Source: a virus
Lineage: Duplodnaviria > Caudoviricetes
IMG/VR virus record: IMGVR_UViG_3300008107_000064
Location: 1 to 55,405 of that record
Length of the DNA stretch: 55,405 nt
Reading direction: 5' to 3' (one strand)
Shown: positions 9,304-18,378 of the stretch, piece by piece
How positions within the stretch are numbered: position 1 is the stretch's first letter
Layout: each line of letters starts with the position of its first letter
Program-made: the position numbers and the translations under genes
Notes under the pieces: model-generated
What the model was told of the DNA's origin: nothing
Databases searched by the model: none
What the model saw: the letters and a program-made list of their open reading frames with translations, nothing else

Positions 9304-10826
9304 TGGCCAACCCAGTCAATCAAGTCATGGCAGATTTGGAAAACGTGCGGCCCGCGCCGGGTGAGCCGATCCCTGATAACGTGGTGGCTATGGCGGATCC
9401 GTTCGCCAACAATCCCATGCTGTCGATGATCTACAAGCAGATGCAGCAGGAGGCGGCTGCGCGCCAATCTGCTCAGAAGCCAATCCTTGATATGTACCAG
9501 AAGCAGATCGACGCCTATGGCCAGAAGGGCATGTCGGATCTCGACAAGGCTTCGATCTTGTTTCAAGCCGCTGGGGCTCTTGCAGCTCCCACGCGCTCTG
9601 GTGCTCTCATGGAGAGCGTTGGCGCGGCAGGCAGTGCTGTGTCAGGTCCACTTCAGAAAGCGGCGCAGGCTGATCGCGATCGTCAAGAAAAGCTCATGCA
9701 GCTCCAGATGGCTCGCGCGAAGCTTTCTGCCGAAATGGCTGGCACCGGCGGTGTGAGCCCGTCTAATCTGTTGCAACTCTACAAAATGCAACTTGAGATG
9801 CAGCCAAAGCCTAGCGAGACAGAACGTCTCTTGCAGACACTTTCACCTGAAGAGCGTCAAGCCGCTGTTCGTAGCAAGCTTGGTATTACGCCACAGTTGG
9901 GTGAAACAGAGCGCCTCTTGCAAACTCTTCCAGAAGAAGAGCGCACAGCCGCTATTCGCAAAAAACTCGGCGTCGGAGAAACTGAAGGTAAGCCAGTTCC
10001 TCTTACTCTTAGCGATGGGTCAACCGTCACTGCTCTCTTCAAGGATGGAAAGTTCTACGATCCATTGACCGGGAAGCTTTTTAGCGAAGAGCAAACGATC
10101 TCGAACCGTCAACAGGTTGCAGCCGCCGATCGTAAAGATCAGGCTGTCGAACTTGGCGTGCCCGTTGAAGCTCGCGATCCTTTCTCTAACTTGCCTCCCA
10201 AAGAGCGCGAAAAGGCACGCACTGCACGATACAATGCAGACACACGTCTTTTGCAGAAACAGGCTGATGAAGTGCCTGATGCCGCGCTTCGTGCTGAAAT
10301 TGCCGATTACAATCGCTTCGTTATGCTCAATAACGAAAACCAGAGGACTGGCCCTGCTTGGGCAAAGACTGGTGCTTGGACCGCTACTGCTCAGCAGATG
10401 TCTGAAATCGAGGCAAAACTTAAAATTGCCGCCGGTAAGGATCTCAAAGGCGCCGCGTCTGATCGAGACGTTGCCATGTTTGGTCAGGCTGTTCCATCTC
10501 TCAGCAAAGACATCAAGGCAAACGCCAACATTGCGCGCTTTGGTGAAATGCGTGCAAAAACTGAACTTGAGCGCCGTCAGTTCATGCGTGACTATCTTGC
10601 TGTCAATAAGAACCTCGACAATGCCGACCGTCTTTGGCAGCAGTATTTGAACGACAATCCGTTCTTCAAATATCCAGAGCGCGGATTTGACCCCAGCAAA
10701 ATCAAGATTGATGATCTTGTTCGAAACGACAAGAGAATGTCGTATCAGGAATATTTCCGCAACAAGATGGGAAATAGGCCAACAACAGTTCGCCGCGATG
10801 CTAGTGGCGCCCTTGTGGCTGATTAA
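9303..10826 (+). CDS. Putative internal virion/ejection protein
   Basis: 507 aa helical protein in the ejection gene block, with an internal duplication. Confidence 0.55.
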   Translation: MANPVNQVMADLENVRPAPGEPIPDNVVAMADPFANNPMLSMIYKQMQQEAAARQSAQKPILDMYQKQIDAYGQKGMSDLDKASILFQAAGALAAPTRSGALMESVGAAGSAVSGPLQKAAQADRDRQEKLMQLQMARAKLSAEMAGTGGVSPSNLLQLYKMQLEMQPKPSETERLLQTLSPEERQAAVRSKLGITPQLGETERLLQTLPEEERTAAIRKKLGVGETEGKPVPLTLSDGSTVTALFKDGKFYDPLTGKLFSEEQTISNRQQVAAADRKDQAVELGVPVEARDPFSNLPPKEREKARTARYNADTRLLQKQADEVPDAALRAEIADYNRFVMLNNENQRTGPAWAKTGAWTATAQQMSEIEAKLKIAAGKDLKGAASDRDVAMFGQAVPSLSKDIKANANIARFGEMRAKTELERRQFMRDYLAVNKNLDNADRLWQQYLNDNPFFKYPERGFDPSKIKIDDLVRNDKRMSYQEYFRNKMGNRPTTVRRDASGALVAD

Positions 10827-10837
10827 GGAAAGATACC

Positions 10838-12892
10838 ATGGCCAAAGTTATCGAGGGCTTCAGCTTTCCTGATGACGCAACAGGCGAAGAGATCAATGCT
10901 TTTCTCGCAAAGAACCGAAAGGCTCCTGCGCAGAAAAATCCTATGTCAGAAATGCCAGAGCAACGTCCTGATTTGTCTTGGGGCGAATATGCGAAAGGCC
11001 TTGGTCGATCCGCAGCCGCTGGCCTGACCTTTAACTTCAGCGATGAAGCGATCGCAGCTTTGCGCTCCCGCATTGAAGGCATTTCCTATGACGAGGCGCT
11101 CGCCGACGAGCGCGCCAAGAAGAAGGCCTTTGAAGGCCAGTATCCTGTCGCGGCATTTGGGGCTGAACTTGCCGGTGGCCTGCCCACCATGCTGGTGCCC
11201 GGTCTCGGCCCTGTAAAGGCCGCCCAGACGGCTGGGCGTGTCGGCAAGGTAGTCAATGCCCCTATCACCCAGATGGCCACCGCAGGCGCCAAGCAAGGCG
11301 CTCTGAGCGGCATGGGAGAGGCAGAGGGTGGTATCGGCGATCGGATAGAAGGTGCCGCCACAGGCGCTGCTACGGGCGCCGCTGTGGGTGCTGGCCTCGG
11401 CGTTGCCGGCAAGGCCGTCGCGCCTGTCGCGCGCAACGTCATGGAGCGCTTCCGCCCCGGTGTTGCAGACGACGTCGCCATGGCCAAGGTTCTTCAGGAT
11501 CTGGAACGCTCAGGCCTAACGCCTGCGCAGGCCAAGAAAGAGTTTGAGATCCTGAGCCAGTCTGGCGCGAAGCCCAGCTTCTTCGATGTCAGCCCGTCGC
11601 TCACCTCGCGCGCCGAATCCGTCGTGCAGCGCGAAGGCGCGGCTGGTGAGCAGATCGTCGAAGACATTGCAGCCCGCCAGAAAGGCCAGCGCAGCCGTAT
11701 CATGGGCGAGGCCAAGGGCGCGCTCGGTCAGACCAAGGGCTTCTACGACACCGCCGAGGATGCAGCAGAGGCGCTGCGTAAGAATGCAAAGCCTCTCTAT
11801 GAGAAGGCATACAAGGCCGACATTCCGCTTGAGGCTCAGTATGATTTGCAGGTCATTGGTAACGATCTCAAAGAGGCGTTCCCAGAAGCTCTGACTTATG
11901 CTCGCAAACTCTTCGCGTCCGAACGCCGCTCCGGCGATTTCAAGCGCATTGGAACGCGCGAGCTGCCGAGTGGCAATGAAGCCTTCGACATGATCCCCAA
12001 AGTGCAGCAGTGGGATTATATTATGCGCGGCCTCGGTCAGGTGATCGAGAAAGAAACAGATGCCGTCACTGGTAAGGTCACGCAGCTCGGTGGCGGCGCA
12101 AAGAAGTTCCGCAGTGAGATCGCGACAATCCTCGACAACGAGGTGCCGGACTTCGGCGCTGCTCGCAAGCAGTACAAGGGCGACCTTGAAGTGAAGCAGG
12201 CGCTAGATGATGCGCGCAAGGGCTTCAGCAATGCAGATCCAGAAGAGCTTGCCATTGCTTGGAAAGGCATGTCCAACGCTGAGAAGGAAGCCTATCGCGC
12301 TGGTGCTCTCAAGAACATCCGCGACACGCTCTTCGGCACCGGCGATTTTACTGATGCCACCAAGCGCATTGGTCAGGCCGTGCAGGACCGCCGCGAAGCT
12401 CTCAACATCATCATGCCTGACAAGCTCACGGCTCGCCTGTTCCAAGACTATCTCGGTGCAGAAGCAAAGCTTGCAGCCAATGCACAGCGCATCAAAGGCG
12501 GCTCGCAGACGGCTCGCCGTCAGCAGCTCGCCAAGGATCTCGAAGGCGATGTTGATCTCGGCATGCTCGGCGTGGCTGGTAACGTAGCCCTTGGCCGGAT
12601 GCAAACTGCCATGAACGGTGTTTTCAACATCCTCGCCAAGAGCCCCACGATCCCTGAGAAGCGCGTGGAAGCTCTCGGCAAGATGCTGCGTGAGAACGAC
12701 ATCAAGGGCGTCGAGCGCCTCACCAAGAGCCTTGAGGCTTTTGCCGCAGAACAGGAACGCAAGGCAGCGCGCGATCTGAAAGCCGGCAAAGCCGTCGCCG
12801 GTCAAGCCGGTCGTATCGCAGGCGGGAAGACGGTTGAAGAGGAAAACAGAATTGAACCTCTCGAAGCTCTTGGCCGCCCGCAGTTCCCGTAA
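10838..12892 (+). CDS. Large internal virion/ejection protein
   Basis: 684 aa, Ala-rich; 'AGLTFNFSDEAIA' followed by a Gly zipper; last gene of the + operon. Confidence 0.55.
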   Translation: MAKVIEGFSFPDDATGEEINAFLAKNRKAPAQKNPMSEMPEQRPDLSWGEYAKGLGRSAAAGLTFNFSDEAIAALRSRIEGISYDEALADERAKKKAFEGQYPVAAFGAELAGGLPTMLVPGLGPVKAAQTAGRVGKVVNAPITQMATAGAKQGALSGMGEAEGGIGDRIEGAATGAATGAAVGAGLGVAGKAVAPVARNVMERFRPGVADDVAMAKVLQDLERSGLTPAQAKKEFEILSQSGAKPSFFDVSPSLTSRAESVVQREGAAGEQIVEDIAARQKGQRSRIMGEAKGALGQTKGFYDTAEDAAEALRKNAKPLYEKAYKADIPLEAQYDLQVIGNDLKEAFPEALTYARKLFASERRSGDFKRIGTRELPSGNEAFDMIPKVQQWDYIMRGLGQVIEKETDAVTGKVTQLGGGAKKFRSEIATILDNEVPDFGAARKQYKGDLEVKQALDDARKGFSNADPEELAIAWKGMSNAEKEAYRAGALKNIRDTLFGTGDFTDATKRIGQAVQDRREALNIIMPDKLTARLFQDYLGAEAKLAANAQRIKGGSQTARRQQLAKDLEGDVDLGMLGVAGNVALGRMQTAMNGVFNILAKSPTIPEKRVEALGKMLRENDIKGVERLTKSLEAFAAEQERKAARDLKAGKAVAGQAGRIAGGKTVEEENRIEPLEALGRPQFP

Positions 12893-13303
12893 TCACGGCA
12901 GCATGAACTTCATGGCAGGGGCTGGGTCTCTGACAGTCGTCGCAACCTCTCGGTAATTTGACGGATGGACCTTGTCCTTGCTGTCGAATAGACGAAGATC
13001 AACCAGCCCATCTCGCCGCTCCTCTGCCACCCTGTATACGGCTCCGGCTGCGTGCCTATTATACGGCACCAGCCACACAACCCTGTCTGCGACAACATGC
13101 GCCCGCACCCGTCGCAGATCTTGGAGCAAGGTTGGTGACATTGGGTCGTTGGACCCCAGCGAGATGACGACAAAGTCACGGTTCACCCATTTCATAATTC
13201 CAGCCTGCATGCCCGTTGTTCTGCCAACAACAGCCAGTTGCTCACAGCGAAGATGTTGGTTCACGCCAACAGCTATGCTGTCACCAATCACCGCACATTC
13301 CAT
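12893..13303 (-). CDS. SGNH/GDSL hydrolase
   Basis: Blocks GDSIA, SLGSND and DKVHP. Confidence 0.75.
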   Translation of the reverse strand: MECAVIGDSIAVGVNQHLRCEQLAVVGRTTGMQAGIMKWVNRDFVVISLGSNDPMSPTLLQDLRRVRAHVVADRVVWLVPYNRHAAGAVYRVAEERRDGLVDLRLFDSKDKVHPSNYREVATTVRDPAPAMKFMLP

Positions 13304-13548
13304 CAGCGTCTCGTCCTTCTCTTGTATGATTGACGGCGAGGAATAGGCGCGAGGCAGACATATTCCTCGTTCTCATATTCGTCATGACGACAGTCTAGAT
13401 ACATCTGGTGCTTGTGCTCATGTCGCTTGGAATAGATGAGATCTCCATTCGGATGCTCGTAGCAATGCATCTCATCTTGATCCAGCTCAGGCCTACGCAA
13501 AAAGCCAAAGCTCCAGTGCCACCCATGCTTCACGATTGCGTCTGTCAT
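13303..13548 (-). CDS. Hypothetical protein
   Basis: Start MTDAIVK overlaps the gcrA-like stop; TGATG coupling downstream. Confidence 0.5.
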   Translation of the reverse strand: MTDAIVKHGWHWSFGFLRRPELDQDEMHCYEHPNGDLIYSKRHEHKHQMYLDCRHDEYENEEYVCLAPIPRRQSYKRRTRR

Positions 13549-13901
13549 TTTGCCTTCCTCACGATTGGAATATAGCAAAGCCGCGCGTGCTCCTCACAGT
13601 ATGACCTGTGATTTATTACGTTGCTACAAAATATCGGAGCAGTCATGTCGCTGTTGAGGATGTAGCGGCACGAATCATGTCTTAGCTTGACTATGTTGCT
13701 GGTCGGTTTTGGCTTCTTATCAACCGTCTTACTGACTGAACGCTTGCGCACAATGCCTGATTTACGCGGCGAGAACACCACGCCTTCTTTCTTGGCTCTA
13801 TGTATCATGCCAGAGATCACGCCTTTAGTGACGCCAATCTTCTTGGCAATTTCGTTTACAGACAGGCCTATGGCCCATAGTTTTTGGATGTCATCTAACA
13901 T
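13545..13901 (-). CDS. gcrA: GcrA-like cell-cycle transcription regulator
   Basis: N-terminal HTH 'KLWAIGLSVNEIAKKIGVTKGVISGMIHR' and C-terminal 'LRHDSCRYI...FCS...SYCEEHARLCY' match GcrA architecture. Confidence 0.8.
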   Translation of the reverse strand: MLDDIQKLWAIGLSVNEIAKKIGVTKGVISGMIHRAKKEGVVFSPRKSGIVRKRSVSKTVDKKPKPTSNIVKLRHDSCRYILNSDMTAPIFCSNVINHRSYCEEHARLCYIPIVRKAK

Positions 13902-13924
13902 GGTCTGGTCTCGTTGGGTTGTGA

Positions 13925-13942
13925 TGGGGGCCAAAGCCCCCA
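13925..13942 (-). other. GC-rich hairpin between the SLT gene and gcrA
   Basis: TGGGGGC-CAAA-GCCCCCA; no U tract. Confidence 0.4.
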
Positions 13943-13947
13943 CCGGA

Positions 13948-14499
13948 TTAAAGCATTGCAAGGCGAATGTATTGCTGCTTGTACTGCTCATGGCGACGAG
14001 CAAGCTTTACATTCCACCCGCGCCAACCGGCAACATGGCACGCGGCCATCTGCTTGTGGTTGGACACACCAGATTCCAAGCACCTTTTCATGTGAGCAAT
14101 GCCGGCACGGATGCCGTATTCACACTCATGAAGCCTCTTCGGATCATAACCCAGCGCACGCGCCGAGCCGTCAATCACCTGAAACACACCCTTTGCGTGA
14201 CCATGCGCCGTGCGAGGGCCGTTGATCTTGCAGGTGTAGTTGCTCTCGATCTTGGCAAGCTTGAGCGCGCTTTGCACCCATTTCTCGCCGAGTTCTTCTT
14301 TTGCGATGCGTGCTACTGCATCAGCAACAGGCTTTTTGCTGTCAGGAACCTTGGCCGCATTTACATTCCAGATATGACCGCTCATGGATTGATAGGTCTT
14401 GTCTGTCATGAAAAAGTGGCCCGTCCACTCTTCCTCAATAGCCTTCGCTGGGTTTGACAGTAGTGTTAGTACCATCAAACTTAACATCGTATTGCGCAT
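13948..14499 (-). CDS. Lytic transglycosylase (SLT domain) with signal peptide
   Basis: 'AKIESNY' (catalytic Glu), 'AKGVFQVI', 'GIRAGIAHMK'; signal-like MRNTMLSLMVLTLLSNPAKA. Confidence 0.75.
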   Translation of the reverse strand: MRNTMLSLMVLTLLSNPAKAIEEEWTGHFFMTDKTYQSMSGHIWNVNAAKVPDSKKPVADAVARIAKEELGEKWVQSALKLAKIESNYTCKINGPRTAHGHAKGVFQVIDGSARALGYDPKRLHECEYGIRAGIAHMKRCLESGVSNHKQMAACHVAGWRGWNVKLARRHEQYKQQYIRLAML

Positions 14500-14866
14500 T
14501 AGAAGTTTCCTTCTTGATAGGTGCAAACCGCTTTGCCATAGCGGCAATGTCATCCTCTTCGGTGGTTTGTGCAGGCGTATCCGCTGCGGTGAATGCTTCT
14601 CCAGAAAACTGAGCCGAAAAAGCAGTGTAGTTTACATTGTCCACATAGTTGTCGTCCAGCAAAGGATTGACGCGGCGACGCGCCAGCTTCACGGCTTCGA
14701 GAACAGATGTGATGTCATATTTTGTGAGTTGCTTGCCAGTAATCAATGTTGCCATTTGTGCAGCAACTTCAAACAGAAACTCAGGGTTCCCGTATTGCTC
14801 ACCGCGATCGTTCACGACAACAGCGGAATGCATGAGGATGTCTTTGTGGTTCATTTTGGGCTCCAT
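14435..14866 (-). CDS. DUF6378-like protein
   Basis: 'DRGEQYG.P...VKLARR....DDNYVDNVNY' pattern. Confidence 0.6.
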   Translation of the reverse strand: MEPKMNHKDILMHSAVVVNDRGEQYGNPEFLFEVAAQMATLITGKQLTKYDITSVLEAVKLARRRVNPLLDDNYVDNVNYTAFSAQFSGEAFTAADTPAQTTEEDDIAAMAKRFAPIKKETSNAQYDVKFDGTNTTVKPSEGY

Positions 14867-15099
14867 AGTTTGATCTTGGCGATGTAGCGATGATTTAGCG
14901 CGATCGCCCCGTGGTCTTCGAACACACCTTGTTCGTTGGGATAGGTTTCGTTCACGATGATGTAGTCTTTTGATTGTAGCTCTTGTGTGATCTCCTCTAG
15001 ATTGTTGGACTTGTGATACACGATAACACGATGAAGCAGCTCAGCAGCTCTTTCCTTCGTGCTTCGTGTCGGTATGGTTAAGATCATCTCAAACATCAT
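14851..15099 (-). CDS. Hypothetical protein
   Basis: 82 aa ORF tightly packed in the operon. Confidence 0.5.
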   Translation of the reverse strand: MMFEMILTIPTRSTKERAAELLHRVIVYHKSNNLEEITQELQSKDYIIVNETYPNEQGVFEDHGAIALNHRYIAKIKLWSPK

Positions 15100-15373
15100 T
15101 TCGGATTCTCCAAAGCCTCATTGCCTCCTCTTCGACATATGGCCTGATAAGCGCCGGCAATCTGTCCAAAGCTCTGCGCCTTGTTTCCTTGTCCGGCAAT
15201 TTCAGGATCTCGCACGCGCCTTCATAGATCTGAAGACGGCATGCAGATTGGATAGCAGGCTGCGCCAGTTCATAGTGCAGCGTGCCTGATAGAACTTCAT
15301 AGATCTGCTCGCTTGGTCTTTTCCAAGTAGATGTTGAACGCTTCTTCTGCCGCATCGACACCCAACGCCACAC
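15089..15373 (-). CDS. Hypothetical protein (start uncertain)
   Basis: Fills the gap between the VRR-NUC gene and the next gene. Confidence 0.45.
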   Translation of the reverse strand: MWRWVSMRQKKRSTSTWKRPSEQIYEVLSGTLHYELAQPAIQSACRLQIYEGACEILKLPDKETRRRALDRLPALIRPYVEEEAMRLWRIRNDV

Positions 15374-15716
15374 AGGCGAAGCTCCCTAGTTGTTGCGCAA
15401 CACGCAGATATTCCAACTGTGCTGGCTGGAAGCGAGATTGCGTGTGGTCGCGCCGCTTCAGCTCACACACGAATGCAGGTGAGCCCGGTATCACGATATC
15501 AGGCGCGCCCTCTGTCATGCCTTCTGCTTTCTGGTGGTCAACCTGAAAGCGCGTGCGCTTGCCTTCATTGCGTGGATGCAGCGCAAGCTTTCCCCATGTG
15601 TCAGGATACTTGCGGCGGATCCGCGCAAAGAACGTGACTTGCTCGTTGTTCTCAGAAGGGCACGCCCCCCTGAAGGATTGGTCTCCATAGACAGGGATGT
15701 CATGCGGCAATTTCAA
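15297..15716 (-). CDS. VRR-NUC domain nuclease
   Basis: 'SENNEQ', 'HPRNEG', 'GAPDI....FVCELK', 'Q..YL' PD-(D/E)XK pattern. Confidence 0.8.
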   Translation of the reverse strand: MKLPHDIPVYGDQSFRGACPSENNEQVTFFARIRRKYPDTWGKLALHPRNEGKRTRFQVDHQKAEGMTEGAPDIVIPGSPAFVCELKRRDHTQSRFQPAQLEYLRVAQQLGSFACVALGVDAAEEAFNIYLEKTKRADL

Positions 15717-17436
15717 GATTGAAAGCCCTCACTTCGTAGAAGTCACCAACTTTGCGGTAGGTGATCGTGTGCGGTTGCTGGTTGTTGAGAGCGTTGAACA
15801 TGTTCAGCGTGGCAACAGCGTTCGGATGCTTTGGCGTGAGCTGCACCCAGAACGTGAACGAGTGATCTTCTGTGACCACCTTCACCATGCGCGTTGGGTT
15901 GCCAGCTTTGCTCACGCTTGGTTTTGCACTCCAGCCGGTTACCATTTCAGTCCGCCACTGCTTGAGATCGCGGATCTTTCGCTCTGCTGCAAGCCTTAGC
16001 TTTTCATTCGGGTCCACCAGTTCCGCATTACAAGCCTCACATCGACGAGCAGCAATGTCGTTCTCGTGCTCACACTCAGAACATTTCTTCGCAGTCCAGC
16101 GATACGAGCATTGACGGAGTTCGTTACCGAGGAGATGAACCGCTGTGCAGCGTCGTCCAAAGTGCGCAGGAATGGGACCAAAATCGCCTTGGAGCGGATT
16201 TCCATCAAGGTCCACAAAATAACCGCTGCGGTCAATTCCAAACCGATCAGGATTAGGCCGAGCACGAAACACATTATCCACATCACATACAGGGCAGGTG
16301 CATGTAAGATCTTCTTCATTTTTAGATGCCTTCTTCTCTTTGATCTCAGGATTAAACACGTCACCATCTGGGCAGTGACGCTCGACGTTCTCGGCATAGT
16401 CCAGAACAAGACAGTTCTCTTTGCCATCATGCAAACGCAGGCCGCGACCAATGATCTGCTGCATTAGGCCGACCGATTCCGTGGCACGCAACATCGCGAT
16501 AACATCGACATGCGTGGCATCAAAGCCGGTCGTCAGCACCGCCACGTTGACGATATATTTGATCTCTTGCGCCTTAAACGCAGCCAAGATCCGCTCGCGC
16601 TCCTTCTTCGGCGTCTCGCCGGTCACGATCGCCGACAACTCAGGCGGCAGGCTGGCAAGGCACTCCTCAGCGTGCGCAACCGTTGCAGCGAAGATCAGTA
16701 CGCCCTTACGATCGCGAGACTGCTCGACGATGTCAGCAATGATACGCGCCGTCTTGCGCCCGTGGCCGAGATAAGCACGCTCAACGTCTTCAGCATTAAA
16801 GTTGCCCATGCTGTTCAGTTGCAAGTGCTTTGTCTTGTAGCTCTCAGCGTTCAAATCACCAATCACCGGCGGCGTAAGATAGCCCTGATCAATCAGCTCA
16901 TGTGCGCGGATGCGATACACGCAGCGCGTGAAGAAGCCATTTGTACCAGCCTGCCCGCCGTTCTCCCACTGCTTGAACACATAGCCGCTGCCAAGCCTGT
17001 AGGGTGTCGCAGACATGCCAACAACGCGCATGTTGTGATTAGGGATCCTGTCGATGATCTTACGAATTGTGGGCGTAATACCATGGCACTCGTCAATGAT
17101 AATCATGGCGATCTCATTGCCAAAGCGCTCGATGCTGTTCAGCACCGTCACAGGCGTGCCAAACACCACAGGATGCTCGCGGCACTTAATGCCAACGCTC
17201 GCCGAGAAAAACGAAGCATCACCGGGATACTTCGCATGGTTCTGCTCGACCAGCTCCTTCGATGGCGCGATGCACAACACATGCTTTCCGCTCATTTCAT
17301 GCACGGTCTTTGCAAGCTCGGCGATAATGTGGCTCTTGCCGGCGCCGGTCGCTGCTTCGATCATGCAAGGTTCGGTGGTCTTCTTAATCCAAGCAACGAT
17401 CTTGTCGTGGGCTTCTTGCTGGTATGGTCTAAGCAT
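15700..17436 (-). CDS. Superfamily 2 helicase (SSL2/RadD-like) with C-terminal Zn fingers
   Basis: LRPYQ, ATGAGKS, DECH, SATPYR, LTTGFD, QIIGRGLR, plus CxxC pairs. Confidence 0.9.
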   Translation of the reverse strand: MLRPYQQEAHDKIVAWIKKTTEPCMIEAATGAGKSHIIAELAKTVHEMSGKHVLCIAPSKELVEQNHAKYPGDASFFSASVGIKCREHPVVFGTPVTVLNSIERFGNEIAMIIIDECHGITPTIRKIIDRIPNHNMRVVGMSATPYRLGSGYVFKQWENGGQAGTNGFFTRCVYRIRAHELIDQGYLTPPVIGDLNAESYKTKHLQLNSMGNFNAEDVERAYLGHGRKTARIIADIVEQSRDRKGVLIFAATVAHAEECLASLPPELSAIVTGETPKKERERILAAFKAQEIKYIVNVAVLTTGFDATHVDVIAMLRATESVGLMQQIIGRGLRLHDGKENCLVLDYAENVERHCPDGDVFNPEIKEKKASKNEEDLTCTCPVCDVDNVFRARPNPDRFGIDRSGYFVDLDGNPLQGDFGPIPAHFGRRCTAVHLLGNELRQCSYRWTAKKCSECEHENDIAARRCEACNAELVDPNEKLRLAAERKIRDLKQWRTEMVTGWSAKPSVSKAGNPTRMVKVVTEDHSFTFWVQLTPKHPNAVATLNMFNALNNQQPHTITYRKVGDFYEVRAFNLEIAA

Positions 17437-17869
17437 AGCGAATGAACCTTTTCATTGGAATAAGCCCACACGGTTCTGTGTCTTGTTTATCGCCACGGTC
17501 ATATCGACCGGCAATTACAAGATCAAAAATAGGCCAATCGTTGCTCGTGAATGTTGTTGCATAAGTTCCGTCTGGTAGGCCAATAGCCAACACAAATGGA
17601 ATGCTATGCGTGTCGCTCCACGCTTTTGCGCTTTGAAGTTTATGAGCGCTCAAAATCAAGCCGCCCATTTCATCTAGCTTTTCAAAAGTGTAATTGCGGC
17701 ACTTAATTTCCATCACCGCTACGACCTTGCCGCTGCGCTTGATGGCATAATCCACCACACAGGCTGGTTTCATTTTAACAATGTCGCAAAGCCAAATAGA
17801 GGCAAGGGTCTCAGCGACTTGTGCTTCTTTTTGTCTATCAGCGCTTGTTTCGTAGAGGGGACGGCTCAT
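17429..17869 (-). CDS. Putative PD-(D/E)XK nuclease
   Basis: 'VDYAI...VMEIKCR' motif. Confidence 0.55.
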   Translation of the reverse strand: MSRPLYETSADRQKEAQVAETLASIWLCDIVKMKPACVVDYAIKRSGKVVAVMEIKCRNYTFEKLDEMGGLILSAHKLQSAKAWSDTHSIPFVLAIGLPDGTYATTFTSNDWPIFDLVIAGRYDRGDKQDTEPCGLIPMKRFIRYA

Positions 17870-18378
17870 TTGCTCACGAATCTGGTCTGGTTGGTTGGGC
17901 TGCCAAATTTATACCAACAGCAGTTGTCTTTGCCAACCGTGTTGCCGAACCATTTCACGCGGCCCACACTGACGATTAAATGACACCTGTCGAGATATTG
18001 ACGGGCCTGCTTAGTAAACATCCAGTCGGCATCGAACAGGAACCACGTCGGGCGCAGCATCGAACACCGCTCGATGAGCTGGTGCAGGACTACTCGCGAC
18101 CACGGGGGGTTCGTGATGATATGCGTGGCCTTACCCACATCTTCGTGCGTAAGAAAAGCCGCATCATGGTGCGTGTACGGCGACCCGGAATCTGCGTCGT
18201 AAGAACTAACACAGCGATGACCGTGCCGCTCCAGATGGGTGATAAGATGCCCCTGACCAGCGCACGGCTCGCAGAACTTAGTCTCAACAGGCAAGTGCGC
18301 CAGCAATGGCAGCACAGCCTCGTAAGGCGTGCTGTAGAAATCCATTGGCTTGCGCGGGAGATCACTTCTCTTTCCCAT
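17866..18378 (-). CDS. DNA amino-methyltransferase (N6-A or N4-C)
   Basis: 'DFYSTP', SAM-binding 'EPCAGQG', catalytic 'ITNPPW'. Confidence 0.8.
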   Translation of the reverse strand: MGKRSDLPRKPMDFYSTPYEAVLPLLAHLPVETKFCEPCAGQGHLITHLERHGHRCVSSYDADSGSPYTHHDAAFLTHEDVGKATHIITNPPWSRVVLHQLIERCSMLRPTWFLFDADWMFTKQARQYLDRCHLIVSVGRVKWFGNTVGKDNCCWYKFGSPTNQTRFVSK

